From: an uncultured delta proteobacterium | GTDB taxonomy: Bacteria > Desulfobacterota > Binatia > Binatales > Binataceae | NCBI GenBank assembly: GCA_963842085.1 | Contig: CAWJET010000002.1 | Location: forward strand, 1,312,001-1,376,000 | Direction of reading: 5' to 3' | Length of the DNA stretch: 64,000 nucleotides | Part shown: positions 35,929 to 46,679 of the stretch, in pieces | Numbering within the stretch: position 1 is the stretch's first letter | How the letters are laid out: the number at the start of each line of letters is the position of its first letter | Position numbers and translations under genes: made by a program | The notes under the pieces: model-generated | Seen by the model: the letters and a program-made list of their open reading frames with translations, nothing else | Database searches by the model: none | What the model was told of the DNA's origin: nothing

Positions 35929-38781
35929 TCACGGCAATTTGTCGGCGCTGCCCGCCCCCATAGCCGCCGTACCACTCTGCGCACGCCCAGCAGCCAGCTT
36001 CTTCTGAAACGCTGCGTAGCTGTCGCGCACCTCGATGTCGTTCGGGGCAAGCGCGCGCGCGTGTAGGTAGTCGCGGTCGGCCGCAACGTATTCGTAGGCG
36101 CCGTCCTCGGCAACTGCCAGCTCAACCCACGCCCGGGGTTTCGTCGGATCGACTTCCGTGGCGCGGCGGAAGGTTTGAGATGCTCGCTCATAGTCGCGCG
36201 CCCCCAAGTAGAAAGAACCCAGGCGGAGGAGGTTGTCGTAGGTCGGCTCGTACTCGACCACTTTCACCAAGGCCGCGCGCTCCTTATCGGGTTGCCCCGA
36301 GGCCTCTGCCACTTGCGCGAACGCTGCATACAGAGGTACCGGGTCGACGCCCGCATCCAGCCCTTCCCTAAGGACGCTCTCTGCGCCAGACGTGTCCTTC
36401 CGCACGGCAAACACCTCGGTCAGTAGCGCAGAATACGGCTCCGGGTCTTCTGGGCGAAAGTCGCGGACCTCCTCAAAGCAGTGGCGCGCGTGGTCAAGTT
36501 GTCCCGCGCTCGCATAGGTCTGCCCAGCTCCCATCAGAAGTTGCGCACGACGATTTGGATCCTGCTCGGAGGCTGCGCCGCGCTCGTAAACCTGCGCCGC
36601 CTCCAGAGAGCGCCCGGTGCTCAGGTAGAAGGAACCAAGGCTGCCGATCGCTTCGGAGTATCCGCGCGCCGTCGCTTCGAGGAGACCCTGTTCGATGGCC
36701 CCGCGATCGGGCGTCGCCAAGTAGGGCATTACCCGAGGGTTGAGATAGATGTGGCTGCTGGAGCTGGGCGCCCGCATCACCGAGATCGTAATCTGATTAA
36801 GGGCCTGAGCGATGCGCCCATCGTCGGCCAGGCTACTGGCGTAGAGGTCGCGTGCGAACGGATTGCGCGGATCGATCCATACTGCGCGCGAAATCTCGGC
36901 GAGCCCAATAGGCGAGTTCCCGTACCACGACGCCAAGGCGAGGTGCAGTCCGGCGTTGGCCGGATGCAGCAACACCATCGTGCGCGCAGCATCAAACGTC
37001 CGAGGTGGCGGATAGTAGGGATAAACGACGCTGCCCTGGAGCGTCGACGCGACCGCGAGGATCACTGCGGCCGCAGCGGCATAGGGACCAGCGCCTCGAA
37101 CAAAAAGGCGGGCGCGGATCGCGGACTCAGTTTCCGGGGCGCCGGCGACCGCGATCCTCACCAACAATGCTGCGTAGATCGTGAACAGAAATCCGATCGC
37201 CGCAGTCGTGAGGCTGAAATCAAACAGCTCGTGGAATCCTTCCACCGACATTCCGGCCACCAGAGCGGCCAGCGTCAGCTGCGCGCGCGGCGAAACGCGG
37301 TTCCATCGCTTCGATATCACCCGTGCGATTCGCCATACGATCATCGCGAATGCGGCACCGCCCAGGATTCCGAGCTCCGCGGCAGTTTGGATGTAGTCGT
37401 TGTGGGCGTTGCGCAAAAACTGCACAGGCCATGGACCTGTCTGATAGTGAGGGAACATCTCAGGCCACGATCCGAAGCCGACCCCAAGCAACGCATAGTC
37501 TCGGACCATTCGGAGCGTGTCGCGCCAGATATGCACGCGGAACCAAAAGTCGACTTCGCTGCCGACACTCTGGCCAACCCGGGTGTCGACCTGCCCCCGG
37601 CCGGCGGAACCGATGAGCGCCATCGACAGAGCGGCGACCGCAAGCGCCGCAAGCAGAAGCCTGGGCACCCAGGCGCGCGCACCATGGGCGCGCGCGCGGA
37701 ACACAGTGGGTGTTCTTATTCGACTAGCCAGCATCGCAAACAGTACGCAGGACAGGACTGCCCCAGCCCAGATTGCGCGCGATTCACTCAAAAGTATGGC
37801 GCACACCAGAACGACCAGCCCCGCGCTGCACAGAATCGGCACCGTCTCATCGCGTTCCCGCGCGCCGTCCGCTGCCAGCGCGCCCCAGCCCTGCGAGATG
37901 AACAGCGGTAGAGTCATCGCGAGATAGGCTGCAAAATGGTCGGGATCCACAAAAGGTCCCATCATGCGCGGGGGGTTCGGGTTTGGCGCACCCCAATCGA
38001 GCGGGACAAAGAACCACAGCACCTTGCCATTCCACGTGACCTGCTGCGCCAGGCCGATGACCGCAACGACAAATCCGCTGATCAGGATCACCGTCACGAG
38101 CAACCGGGTGAGTGGATCCTCGTCGCGCGGGGTCGCCTCGGGGGTGACCGGGTAGAGCGCCACAATCACGAAGAGCCCAAACGCCGCAAAAAGCTGCGGC
38201 GCGCTTGCAATCCCGAGCGGAGGCGCGAGCGACAATGGCCGCCACACAGTTCCATACCAGCCCGGGTCCGCCGGAGAGCGCCCCACCACCGGCGGCGAAA
38301 CCGCCCCACCGCTCCCGCGCTTCGAGGTGAATGGAACCGGCGCGCCACTCTTCACCTCGCTCTCGGTCGGCAATACGACCATTCGGGTCTCGGAGTTAGC
38401 AGACTGCGCCGGCTGGGCCTTCGGCCGGGCGTAGTCAACCGTTTTAGGCCAGCCGTCCAGCGCGTGCTGATAAAAATCGTATGCCCCTGGCGAAAGGACG
38501 TGCAGAAGCGACGGCGGCAAAGGTGCCAGCTGGAAACTGATGAGCAGCACCAGTACCGCAGCGGGCGCGGCGATGCTCAGCACCGCCGCTGCACCTTTGA
38601 TCGCCGGCTGCGCCGCGCGCATCCGCAAGAACGTCGCCGCTAGCATGGCGAAGACCGCGGTTTCGGCGGTGCGATACGCCCAGGGATGAACCGTCCCGAA
38701 GCACAGGGGCGTGACAAGGATCAGAAGGACCAGCCCCCCGATAACGGCACGGTCGGTCAAATTAATCAGCTTGGTGCGCAC
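35929..38781 (-). CDS. O-antigen ligase family protein with C-terminal TPR repeats
   Basis: GPFVDPDHFA, SESR, GVGFGSW, AHNDYIQ followed by TPR-like helices. Confidence 0.85.
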   Translation of the reverse strand: MRTKLINLTDRAVIGGLVLLILVTPLCFGTVHPWAYRTAETAVFAMLAATFLRMRAAQPAIKGAAAVLSIAAPAAVLVLLISFQLAPLPPSLLHVLSPGAYDFYQHALDGWPKTVDYARPKAQPAQSANSETRMVVLPTESEVKSGAPVPFTSKRGSGGAVSPPVVGRSPADPGWYGTVWRPLSLAPPLGIASAPQLFAAFGLFVIVALYPVTPEATPRDEDPLTRLLVTVILISGFVVAVIGLAQQVTWNGKVLWFFVPLDWGAPNPNPPRMMGPFVDPDHFAAYLAMTLPLFISQGWGALAADGARERDETVPILCSAGLVVLVCAILLSESRAIWAGAVLSCVLFAMLASRIRTPTVFRARAHGARAWVPRLLLAALAVAALSMALIGSAGRGQVDTRVGQSVGSEVDFWFRVHIWRDTLRMVRDYALLGVGFGSWPEMFPHYQTGPWPVQFLRNAHNDYIQTAAELGILGGAAFAMIVWRIARVISKRWNRVSPRAQLTLAALVAGMSVEGFHELFDFSLTTAAIGFLFTIYAALLVRIAVAGAPETESAIRARLFVRGAGPYAAAAAVILAVASTLQGSVVYPYYPPPRTFDAARTMVLLHPANAGLHLALASWYGNSPIGLAEISRAVWIDPRNPFARDLYASSLADDGRIAQALNQITISVMRAPSSSSHIYLNPRVMPYLATPDRGAIEQGLLEATARGYSEAIGSLGSFYLSTGRSLEAAQVYERGAASEQDPNRRAQLLMGAGQTYASAGQLDHARHCFEEVRDFRPEDPEPYSALLTEVFAVRKDTSGAESVLREGLDAGVDPVPLYAAFAQVAEASGQPDKERAALVKVVEYEPTYDNLLRLGSFYLGARDYERASQTFRRATEVDPTKPRAWVELAVAEDGAYEYVAADRDYLHARALAPNDIEVRDSYAAFQKKLAAGRAQSGTAAMGAGSADKLP

Positions 38782-38851
38782 GCAGTCGCAAACCTATGCG
38801 GACGCGCATCGCTACAGAGATTGTAGACGAGCGAAGCGGTGAGGAGCCCGC

Positions 38852-41230
38852 CTAGTTGCCGTCGTTCGCGCGCTTGGGACCGGCGCCAGCTGGCGAAGCG
38901 TCCTCGAACGATGCTTCCTCGGCGTCTACGCGATCGAAACCCTGGTAGTATCCTTGGTAGGCCTTTGAGTAATAGTGCGGGAAATCGGCTTTGTGCAGCC
39001 GCACCTTGTTGAGTACGACGCCCAGGATCTTGGCGTTCGCGTACTCCAGGCGGCCCAGCGCCGCGGCGACCTGCTGGCGGGGCGTGTGCCCCCCCGCCGT
39101 AACCAGCACCACCCCGTCAACTACTTGAGCAAGATCCAGCGGGTCGCTCACCAGCATCACCGGCGACGAGTCGACGATGATGTAGTCATACGTTTCAGAA
39201 AGTTCCAGAAGGAATTGCTTCATCCGCGCCGAACCGAGCAGCTCGCTTGGGTTCGGAGGAATCCTCCCGCAACCCAGAAAAAATAGATTTTCGACCGAGG
39301 TCGGCTGCAGCAGCTCCGTTCCGCCCGTCCCGGTCAGCGCCTCGCTCAGCCCCGCCCCGTTTTTCAAACCAAGTAAACGATGGCACCGGGGGCGCCGCAT
39401 GTCCGCGTCGATTATCAAGACTTTCGAGCCGGTGTGCGCGAACACCGAGGCGGTGTTGACGGTAACCGTGGTCTTTCCTTCGCCGGGAACGGCACTGGTG
39501 AACATGGTCACCTTGGGTGGCGCCCCCGCCCGCGATAGCCGCAGAGCGGTGCGAAGCTGGCGAAAGGACTCGCCCAGCACGGAGTATTTCCCGTAGGTCG
39601 CGACCAGGTCCCGTCCGTGCGCGCCATCGGCGGGCAACTCGGCCGCCGGGGGCTTTGCCAGGTATCCCGCGTTGTAGCGCGCGCCGAGGGAGATGGCGCT
39701 GTTGAAGTCAGGTATCATCGCCAGACCCGGAAGCTTCAGATAGCGTTCCAGCTCTTCGGTGGTCTTGAGGGTATTGTCGAGCCGTTCGATGAACAGCGCT
39801 CCGCAAATCCCCAATAGCAATCCCAGCGCCGCCGCGGCTACCAGGTCGCGTTTGGTGCGTGGGCTCGACGGACCAAGCGGCGGTTGCGCCGCGTCTACGA
39901 TCGAAACATTGGAGGTATGCGAGTCCGCGACGACGGTCAGGTTCTTCATCCGCTTGAGCACGGCGCTGTAAAGCTCGCGGTTGGTTTCGGCCTCGCGCTC
40001 AAGCATCACGTATTTGATCGCGGCGTCGTTGAGCCCCAGCGCAAACGTCTTCTGCTTGTCGAGCTCCCCGGCGATCGCTCCTTCGCTCTTGAGCGCTGCC
40101 TGATATTCCTCGTTTACACTCGCGACCGCGGTCTTGAGTTCGCGATCCAGAACCGCGCGCGTCCCGTCGATCTTTTCGCGAAGCTCTCGCATTTCGGGAT
40201 AGTCATCGGTGTACTCGCCGCGCATACTGGCGTAGCGCGATTCGAGCTGGTCAAGGTCACCTTTCAATCCCTGGATAACCTTGTTGTCCATTACTTGGGG
40301 AAGAGCATCAGTGCGGCCGGCCTTTACGAGCTCGAGCTGGGTGCCCAAGTTGATGGTCTTGAGGTGCGCTTCCTGAAGGTCACGGTTGAGTTTGTTGAGC
40401 TGCTCGACCACCACATCCTGGTTGCCGTTGAGCGAGATCAGGCCTGGGACGATACCCTTGTCACGCCGGTAGTTGTTGAGCGCCAACTCCGATTGCTCGA
40501 CGCGCTGCTTGAGTTCGTCGAGCTTACCGGCCAGAAATCGCTGAGCCTCATCACTCGCTTGGGCGTTGAGCTCGATTCCCTGCCGAATGAATGCGCGGGC
40601 GTGGGCATTCGCCATTCGCGCTGACAACTTCGGATCCGAGGTCGTGAATTCGACCCGCACCAGCTGCGTGTTTTCGATGGGCTCGACCCGCAGCGCACCC
40701 AAGTACCACTGGACCACAGAACTTGGAACGCTGTCCGCCAGTGGATCGTCGTCCAACGCAGGTGTAACGGGCTTGGCCGCCAGGCTTGGAAACCACCGGG
40801 ACAACCACGATGTGGAGGCGTGCGAGGACGGGGCCTGCAGCTTAATTAATCCTTGGTCGAGAATCACCCGGGTTGCGAGGCTGCTTGACTTGAGCAGCTC
40901 GTCCTGCGTGTCATCGTACGGTTCCTGAGACGAATCCTGCGCCGAGGAAAGGCTTTCGTCCTGGAATACCCGCGACGGGGCATAGCGTACGAGTAGCGTG
41001 GTGCTGGCGGTGTAAGTCGGCTCCGCCATCAAATCGTGCATAAGCGTGAGACCTACACATACAGCCGCGATCACAAGCACCAGCCGCAGGTGCTTGTGCA
41101 CGATGCGACGATATTCGTGAAACTCAACCCACCCCTCGTGACCCCCATTGCGCGCTGAGCGGTGCACGAAATGCGCTTCCACGACCTGCGGACGCTCGTC
41201 ACCCGGTTCCAACATTGTGACTTGTCGCAT
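38852..41230 (-). CDS. wzc: Wzc/GumC chain-length regulator and tyrosine autokinase
   Basis: Two TM segments, coiled coil, PGEGKTT, IDADMRRP, PPNPSELL, Tyr-rich tail. Confidence 0.92.
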   Translation of the reverse strand: MRQVTMLEPGDERPQVVEAHFVHRSARNGGHEGWVEFHEYRRIVHKHLRLVLVIAAVCVGLTLMHDLMAEPTYTASTTLLVRYAPSRVFQDESLSSAQDSSQEPYDDTQDELLKSSSLATRVILDQGLIKLQAPSSHASTSWLSRWFPSLAAKPVTPALDDDPLADSVPSSVVQWYLGALRVEPIENTQLVRVEFTTSDPKLSARMANAHARAFIRQGIELNAQASDEAQRFLAGKLDELKQRVEQSELALNNYRRDKGIVPGLISLNGNQDVVVEQLNKLNRDLQEAHLKTINLGTQLELVKAGRTDALPQVMDNKVIQGLKGDLDQLESRYASMRGEYTDDYPEMRELREKIDGTRAVLDRELKTAVASVNEEYQAALKSEGAIAGELDKQKTFALGLNDAAIKYVMLEREAETNRELYSAVLKRMKNLTVVADSHTSNVSIVDAAQPPLGPSSPRTKRDLVAAAALGLLLGICGALFIERLDNTLKTTEELERYLKLPGLAMIPDFNSAISLGARYNAGYLAKPPAAELPADGAHGRDLVATYGKYSVLGESFRQLRTALRLSRAGAPPKVTMFTSAVPGEGKTTVTVNTASVFAHTGSKVLIIDADMRRPRCHRLLGLKNGAGLSEALTGTGGTELLQPTSVENLFFLGCGRIPPNPSELLGSARMKQFLLELSETYDYIIVDSSPVMLVSDPLDLAQVVDGVVLVTAGGHTPRQQVAAALGRLEYANAKILGVVLNKVRLHKADFPHYYSKAYQGYYQGFDRVDAEEASFEDASPAGAGPKRANDGN

Positions 41231-42501
41231 CAGAATCCACTCATGATCGCCGCGGTCGGGCCCATCGTAACTATCCCCTGCGCCGCGAGGTAGATGGCGT
41301 ATCCCGGAATTTTCACCGCCGAATATCCAACTTCCACAACGTCGTTCGCTTGCAGCGCGACGTCGGGTGCCTCACCTTGCTGAACTGCCGCCAGATTTAC
41401 GTGGATTACTTTGGTCTGGTCACCCGGTTCGCGCCGCATGATCTTCACTGTGGTCGGATCTGCCGCGTACAACATACCTCCGGCCGCGGAAACAGCACCC
41501 AGCGCCGTCAAACCGTGAGTCACCGGAAGCACCGTGGGCTTATATACCCAGCCAATCACCGAAGTCTGGCCCGCAAGTGGCACATACAGAGTATCGCCAG
41601 GCCGTACCTGGAGATTGACATATTTCCGATAGGGCGAACTACCGTCCAAAGTGATCGCATAGGCCGAGCCGCCGTCGAATTCGTCGTCGGAGGGCGGCTG
41701 CAACAACGGGGTATAATCGCCTTTCAGAGCCGTGTTGGTGACGACACCCGAAAGCTGTGCGTTTGAATTGTCGACAGCACCGAGTGCAGTGGTCGGAACT
41801 TCAGGCGGCTCGGGCACCGCCGTGCCATTCGCGCCCTGCTGCGCGAGCGAGTAACTGTTCGAGCCTGGCCGCGCGGGGGTGAGCAGCACCTCATGCGCCG
41901 CGTTATCGGAAAGCCCTCCAGCTCGTTCGATCAGATCACGAACGGTGTCATTTGGGCCGTTGAGGACGTAAAGCCCCGGGGTGCGTACAGCTCCCATCAC
42001 CCCCACCACCCTGCTGGAATAGGTCTTCACCAGCAGATTGATTTCCGGATGGTACACATACTTGTGGAGCGCGTTAGCCAGCTGATCGATGATCTCCGGT
42101 TCCGTAAGTCCCGCAGCGTGGAGCGATCCCACCAGTGGAAGCATGATGTTGCCCTTTCCGTCGACGCGCACGGTACGGTCCGCCAGTTCCTTTACGTTCG
42201 GCACCGAAATTTGCAGCACGTCGCCCGGTCCGATTGTCAAATCCTTCTGTTCCGTCGCGCGTTGCTGCCAGAGCTTGTCAAGTTCTGTATCCGATTGTGC
42301 GGCGGGAAGCTGCGCTGCTGAAGGTGAGCCCGCGGCGGCGGGCGCCGGTGGCTCCTGCGATGCGCACCCGGCGAGCGCCGCGGCAAGTAAGGCCAGCAGC
42401 GCCACCTGAAACCTGGGAACGCCGCCGAGACGAGGTGCTATTGCAGTCCGAGTCAAACCGAGCCCACCCGTTGCCGATCGCATTCTCTCAGCGCAGCGCA
42501 T
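41230..42501 (-). CDS. wza: Wza-like polysaccharide export lipoprotein (SLBB domains)
   Basis: Lipobox LAGC, IGPGDVLQI, VDGKGNIMLPLVG, SLBB repeats. Confidence 0.88.
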   Translation of the reverse strand: MRCAERMRSATGGLGLTRTAIAPRLGGVPRFQVALLALLAAALAGCASQEPPAPAAAGSPSAAQLPAAQSDTELDKLWQQRATEQKDLTIGPGDVLQISVPNVKELADRTVRVDGKGNIMLPLVGSLHAAGLTEPEIIDQLANALHKYVYHPEINLLVKTYSSRVVGVMGAVRTPGLYVLNGPNDTVRDLIERAGGLSDNAAHEVLLTPARPGSNSYSLAQQGANGTAVPEPPEVPTTALGAVDNSNAQLSGVVTNTALKGDYTPLLQPPSDDEFDGGSAYAITLDGSSPYRKYVNLQVRPGDTLYVPLAGQTSVIGWVYKPTVLPVTHGLTALGAVSAAGGMLYAADPTTVKIMRREPGDQTKVIHVNLAAVQQGEAPDVALQANDVVEVGYSAVKIPGYAIYLAAQGIVTMGPTAAIMSGF

Positions 42502-42600
42502 GGATCGAACCTCTTTGTAAATCGCATGATCCCGCGACGCTCAAACAAGTCACCTTAAGCCCTGTGGGTTACGATACTAACTCTGCGTTCAAGCGGAAAA

Positions 42601-43143
42601 CTAACCGGCCGTGACAAGAGCGCTCATGGTCCTACCGCTACGAGCAACCGAGTCCCGTCTGGCGCCGACGGCCGCCGCGCTTGTGCGCGTACAAGTTCCA
42701 GCTCTCGCGCCTGGCCGCCCCGTCGCGAGAGCACCGGCGCTTTGCGAAACCATCCAGTAGAGGCAAAGCCCCTCCGGCGGCACGCCGGTCTCGATGGTCT
42801 GGCCCTGGTACTTGGTCCCGGGCAAGGTCAGGGATATGCTGTATTCGCCGATCGCAATCGCTCCTATCAAGTAGCGTCCGTGGGCATCTGCATCCGCCTT
42901 GCCAACGACGTTGCCGGCTTGGTCTGTCACGCTGATGTGCGCCGAGGTTACAGGAAGGTTCTGAGTGTCGGTGACCGAGCCGGCGATTTCGGCCGACCGG
43001 GCCTGCGCTGCGAACATAATCACACCCAGCGCAATCGTAAGCACGCGTCCGCCATGCCTTTCCGTCTTGAAACGGCGGCTACGCCTCGATCTCCCATGAT
43101 CGTCAACTTCTATACAGCCTAAGCGAGGGATGTTACGCTTCAA
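42601..43143 (-). CDS. Secreted carboxypeptidase-regulatory-like domain protein
   Basis: Signal-like segment then IAGSVTD...ADADAHGRYLI...GEYSI. Confidence 0.6.
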   Translation of the reverse strand: MKRNIPRLGCIEVDDHGRSRRSRRFKTERHGGRVLTIALGVIMFAAQARSAEIAGSVTDTQNLPVTSAHISVTDQAGNVVGKADADAHGRYLIGAIAIGEYSISLTLPGTKYQGQTIETGVPPEGLCLYWMVSQSAGALATGRPGARAGTCTRTSAAAVGARRDSVARSGRTMSALVTAG

Positions 43144-43950
43144 CCAATCCCACCGCTTCAGTTCATTTTTACTGGGTCAGAGGCCTAATAATAGTGCAAA
43201 TTGAAGGTCAATGATACTTTCTCCGCAGAATTATTCAAAGTCTGCAGTTTTTCCTGTCAATCCGAAACGGTTTAAGTACAAAAGTTAGAGCGGCCGGAAC
43301 TTTTGGCACGGAGTCGGACAGTTGGGTCAACCCTGGCGAGGAATTGAAGCGAACTCGCTCTTCCAACGTCGGAGTTTGCCCAGCAATTTGCCGCAGTTGT
43401 TGAAATCCCCGGCTTCCGTTGAGGTTGCAACTTGGGCAGATAACGGACCACTGATGAAGCATTTTGAAATCGGCCCGGATCGCAAATCAGGCGAGAGCAT
43501 ACGTCGCCGGGCTCGCGCAAGTCAACGCTGGCGCTCGGTCTCGTAAGCCGCAGTGCCGGGGCGACGCACAGCGCGTGACCGCCACTTAACGTCCGAAACC
43601 GGACTCCGGAACCCAACGGACCTTAGGAAACCGGTAACAACGGCCAACCTCTCTCTCGAGAGTGAATACATCGCAATCGGGGCGAAGGAAACCGATGATC
43701 CTTCGCTGATCGCCTCGCGCGGCTGGCAAATGCCGTGGAGCCTCACTAGCTGCAGCCGCGATTTCTTCACGAGCTGGAGCGCCTTAGAGGCGAGGTGCGT
43801 CGGGAAGTTTGCACCAACCCCGGAGCGTGTCGCCGTATGAGACTGGACCGCGCCGTCCGTGACGATCAGGGCGGGAAGCCACGCTATACCGGGAAATAGA
43901 AGCGGCAATGTGGAGGGCCGCCGCGCTTTGCTGTTTCAGCTGGAGAGCTA

Positions 43951-44721
43951 CTATTTCGCGGCACTCACCGGGCTGCTACTGCTGCCGCTGCCAAACCCTC
44001 CAACTCCAGCCGCAATACCCACACCGGCGCCGGCCGCTACTCCAACTCCGGCAACTCCGAGCCCTACCGTACCCGCCGTGCCCAAGCCTCCCCCAGACGA
44101 TGTGCTCGCCTCGAAGAATCCGCAGCATGCGACCTTGATGTGATTACCGGCGGTGAGATCCTGGCACTCGCGTCTTTTGCACTGCTTCTCGTCATTGCAC
44201 ACATGCACCGTGCCTTCGCTGACATCAACGGTAGTGAACTGAATGCAATTCGCGTATACCGGTTCCGGCAAGTTGCTGTAAGTCATAAGCCACCCAGTTC
44301 CGCGAACGGCTCCGATGGCGTTGGGAGTATGCACTTCGAAGGTCGTCGTACTGCCCTTCATCGCGCCGAGAATCAGAGTGTGCAGGTCGCCGCCCAACAG
44401 TCCGACCTTGCTCGGTGCGCCGACACCGTTCACCAGGACGCTTTCGTCTATCGTCAACGTGGATGACGCGCCCAGTTGTAGCGAGCTGTTATCGACCAGA
44501 CCGATCGTCAGGGAAGCGTTCGCCTCTGTCACAATCTTGTCGTGCAGCATGATCGCCATGTTCTGCGCTGCTGCGATGGTCGCACCCCCGCGTTGGATGT
44601 TCGCCACTCCTTGAATTTGCGTGATCGTTCCAACCGGGTTTTGTGCGTCCGCGGATTGTACCGACGTCATAATAGTCAGCATTGCCAGTACAAACAGGGC
44701 TGCAATTCGCAGGAAATTCAT
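43951..44721 (-). CDS. Secreted FecR-domain protein with a Gly/Ala/Val-rich C-terminal tail
   Basis: Signal peptide; FEVHTPNAIGAVRGT; VDVSEGTV. Confidence 0.8.
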   Translation of the reverse strand: MNFLRIAALFVLAMLTIMTSVQSADAQNPVGTITQIQGVANIQRGGATIAAAQNMAIMLHDKIVTEANASLTIGLVDNSSLQLGASSTLTIDESVLVNGVGAPSKVGLLGGDLHTLILGAMKGSTTTFEVHTPNAIGAVRGTGWLMTYSNLPEPVYANCIQFTTVDVSEGTVHVCNDEKQCKRRECQDLTAGNHIKVACCGFFEASTSSGGGLGTAGTVGLGVAGVGVAAGAGVGIAAGVGGFGSGSSSSPVSAAK

Positions 44722-45099
44722 ATCGTCTGTTTTCTTTCTTCGCTGCGGACGCGTCCTGCACTATGGCATATCACTAATCCTGATGAAAAGGCGTGCTTTT
44801 GAGAGCGTTTGATTAAGGACATGCCGAGGCTCGCGGCGACCACCTGCTTACGCTCGACGCCGAACAGTCCACGAACCCGATTACATTGTAAAGATGTGGC
44901 AGGCCTAAACTGGCAGTGATATCGTGATCACGTCTCGCTGCGCGGCCGACAGCTTCGGGAGTTGGCGGCTGCGTGCCGGCGGCAAATACTCTCGGTGCCG
45001 GCGCACAAATATGAATTCCGAGGTGCAGAACGAAATCCGGGTCAAAGCTTGCACCAGTGGATTCATCATCGTCGAAGTTCCGCTCACCTATTTCCGCGC

Positions 45100-45430
45100 G
45101 GCGCGGGCCGCGGGATTGGACATGCCGCAAGGCATTGCAATTGGATAGCAAAAACAACATTTATGTGGCGAACGTATTTGCGGCCAGTATCACCGTCTAC
45201 AGTGCCGGCAGCAATGTCAACGTCGCTCCCATCGCTGCTATCAGCGGCCCGAACACTCATCTGGCTTTCCCGTTCGGCATCGCGCTGGACTCCAGCGACA
45301 ACATCCGTCGCCGACTTCGGCCGTATTATTGTCTTCGCAGCCGGTAGCAACGGAAATGTTCCCCCGATGAGTGAATTCGGCGACCCCGAATGCCTCCTCG
45401 CTGAACCTGCCGGCCTGGCGATCGGTCCCG
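45100..45430 (+). pseudogene. NHL-repeat protein fragment, frameshifted
   Basis: MPQGIA/LDSKNNIYVAN...PFGIALDSSDNI/VADFGRIIVFAAGSNGNVPP...PAGLAIGP split across frames. Confidence 0.65.
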
Positions 45431-45829
45431 AGGGAATTTGCGGCCGATGGCTGATGCCCTCGACGTCCCGCGCAATGATTCATCATCGCGCCTCCTGTCA
45501 GCAGTGTCACCTCGCTGTTCGCTCTAGATTGAAAGCGACCTGTGGCGATCGCTGCTTGCACCGCGTCGTGTTCGAGAATGGTGGCTCAACCGTTCCAATG
45601 GAATTGCAACAGCGACAAGCACCTTGAGGAAGTGTTACAAATATAAGCGCGTCGACAACGACGCGAGGAACAAGAAGAGGATGGCCATCGTTGAAACAGG
45701 TATCGTAGAGGCAACTCCGCGCCCGGATCTCGGCACAGGATCGGTCGGTCGGATCTGGCCCGAGCGGCGGCCGGCGACGGCCTTGAATCGCGATGCGATA
45801 CATCGAAGTGCCCGACGGGCGAACTGGGT

Positions 45830-46507
45830 ATGAAGCCGCTCGCGATCGCCCTCGCGATCGGGCTCGGCGGATGCGCTGTGGCGCCTGCACCGATCGCGCA
45901 TACGCCCAACGTCGTCACGACCCCAAAGCCTGGCCGTCTCGCCGTCAGCGTGCAGTCCGCGCCGGCAGTCGGCGAAGTCATCCCTGTCTATGTTTCAATC
46001 GCCAACGGCACCGACGATACGCCCACCGTCGTACCTAATCAGATCTTCGCGCTCAACGGGGTCGGCGAACGCGTCGCGCCTTTGCCGCCTGGCGCGGCCG
46101 CCCGCCAGGCCGGCAGTGCCAAGGAACTCGAAGGAGCGATGCAAAGCGCAACCATCAGCGGCGTCGGGGGCGCCGCCGTTGGCGCCGCTGCCGGAGCCGT
46201 CGCCGGTGCTGGCGGTAACTCAGGTGGTGGATGGGGATTTAATTCCCCTGGCCAGGGCGCATTGGTCGGTACCGGATTCGGCGGTGCATGGGGCGTTTTC
46301 AGCGGTGCCGAAAAAGGCCAGTCGAAAGCCGACCAGCAGGCCGATCAGCAGATCGAAGCGCTCTCACTCAAGCCCGAAGAAGTTCGTCGCGACTTCACCG
46401 TCAACGGGTACGTCTTCTTCCCCAAGGGTGACTACAACCAGCTCGAGATGGTGCTGGTTGATCGCGAAACCGGTGGCACCCAGATTCTCCGCGAACCTTG
46501 GCATTGA
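45830..46507 (+). CDS. Hypothetical lipoprotein with a glycine-zipper segment
   Basis: Lipobox LGGC; GAAVGAAAGAVAG. Confidence 0.75.
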   Translation: MKPLAIALAIGLGGCAVAPAPIAHTPNVVTTPKPGRLAVSVQSAPAVGEVIPVYVSIANGTDDTPTVVPNQIFALNGVGERVAPLPPGAAARQAGSAKELEGAMQSATISGVGGAAVGAAAGAVAGAGGNSGGGWGFNSPGQGALVGTGFGGAWGVFSGAEKGQSKADQQADQQIEALSLKPEEVRRDFTVNGYVFFPKGDYNQLEMVLVDRETGGTQILREPWH

Positions 46508-46679
46508 CCGTCGGTTCGCGTGTGAATCGGTTACTTGATGAAGATCGAAATGCCGGCGCTGCTTGCCTGGTGAGCGTGCGTGCGAATGCGCTCCCCACCC
46601 GTCTCAATCATCTATGCGCGCACGCTCGCTCGATGCCGGTCTGCAAAGGCCGACGGAGTTGATTGAGGGCCTGCATCAT

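Noticed and set aside
34239-37911. Long plus-strand ORFs (34239..35891, 36481..37911) and similar antisense ORFs elsewhere
   Set aside because: Shadow frames of well-supported opposite-strand genes in high-GC DNA, with no recognisable motifs.
43143-43950. Riboswitch, ops/JUMPstart or coding gene upstream of wza
   Set aside because: No exact GGCGGTAG ops element or recognisable riboswitch consensus seen by eye, and the ORFs lack motifs; an Rfam search would be needed.
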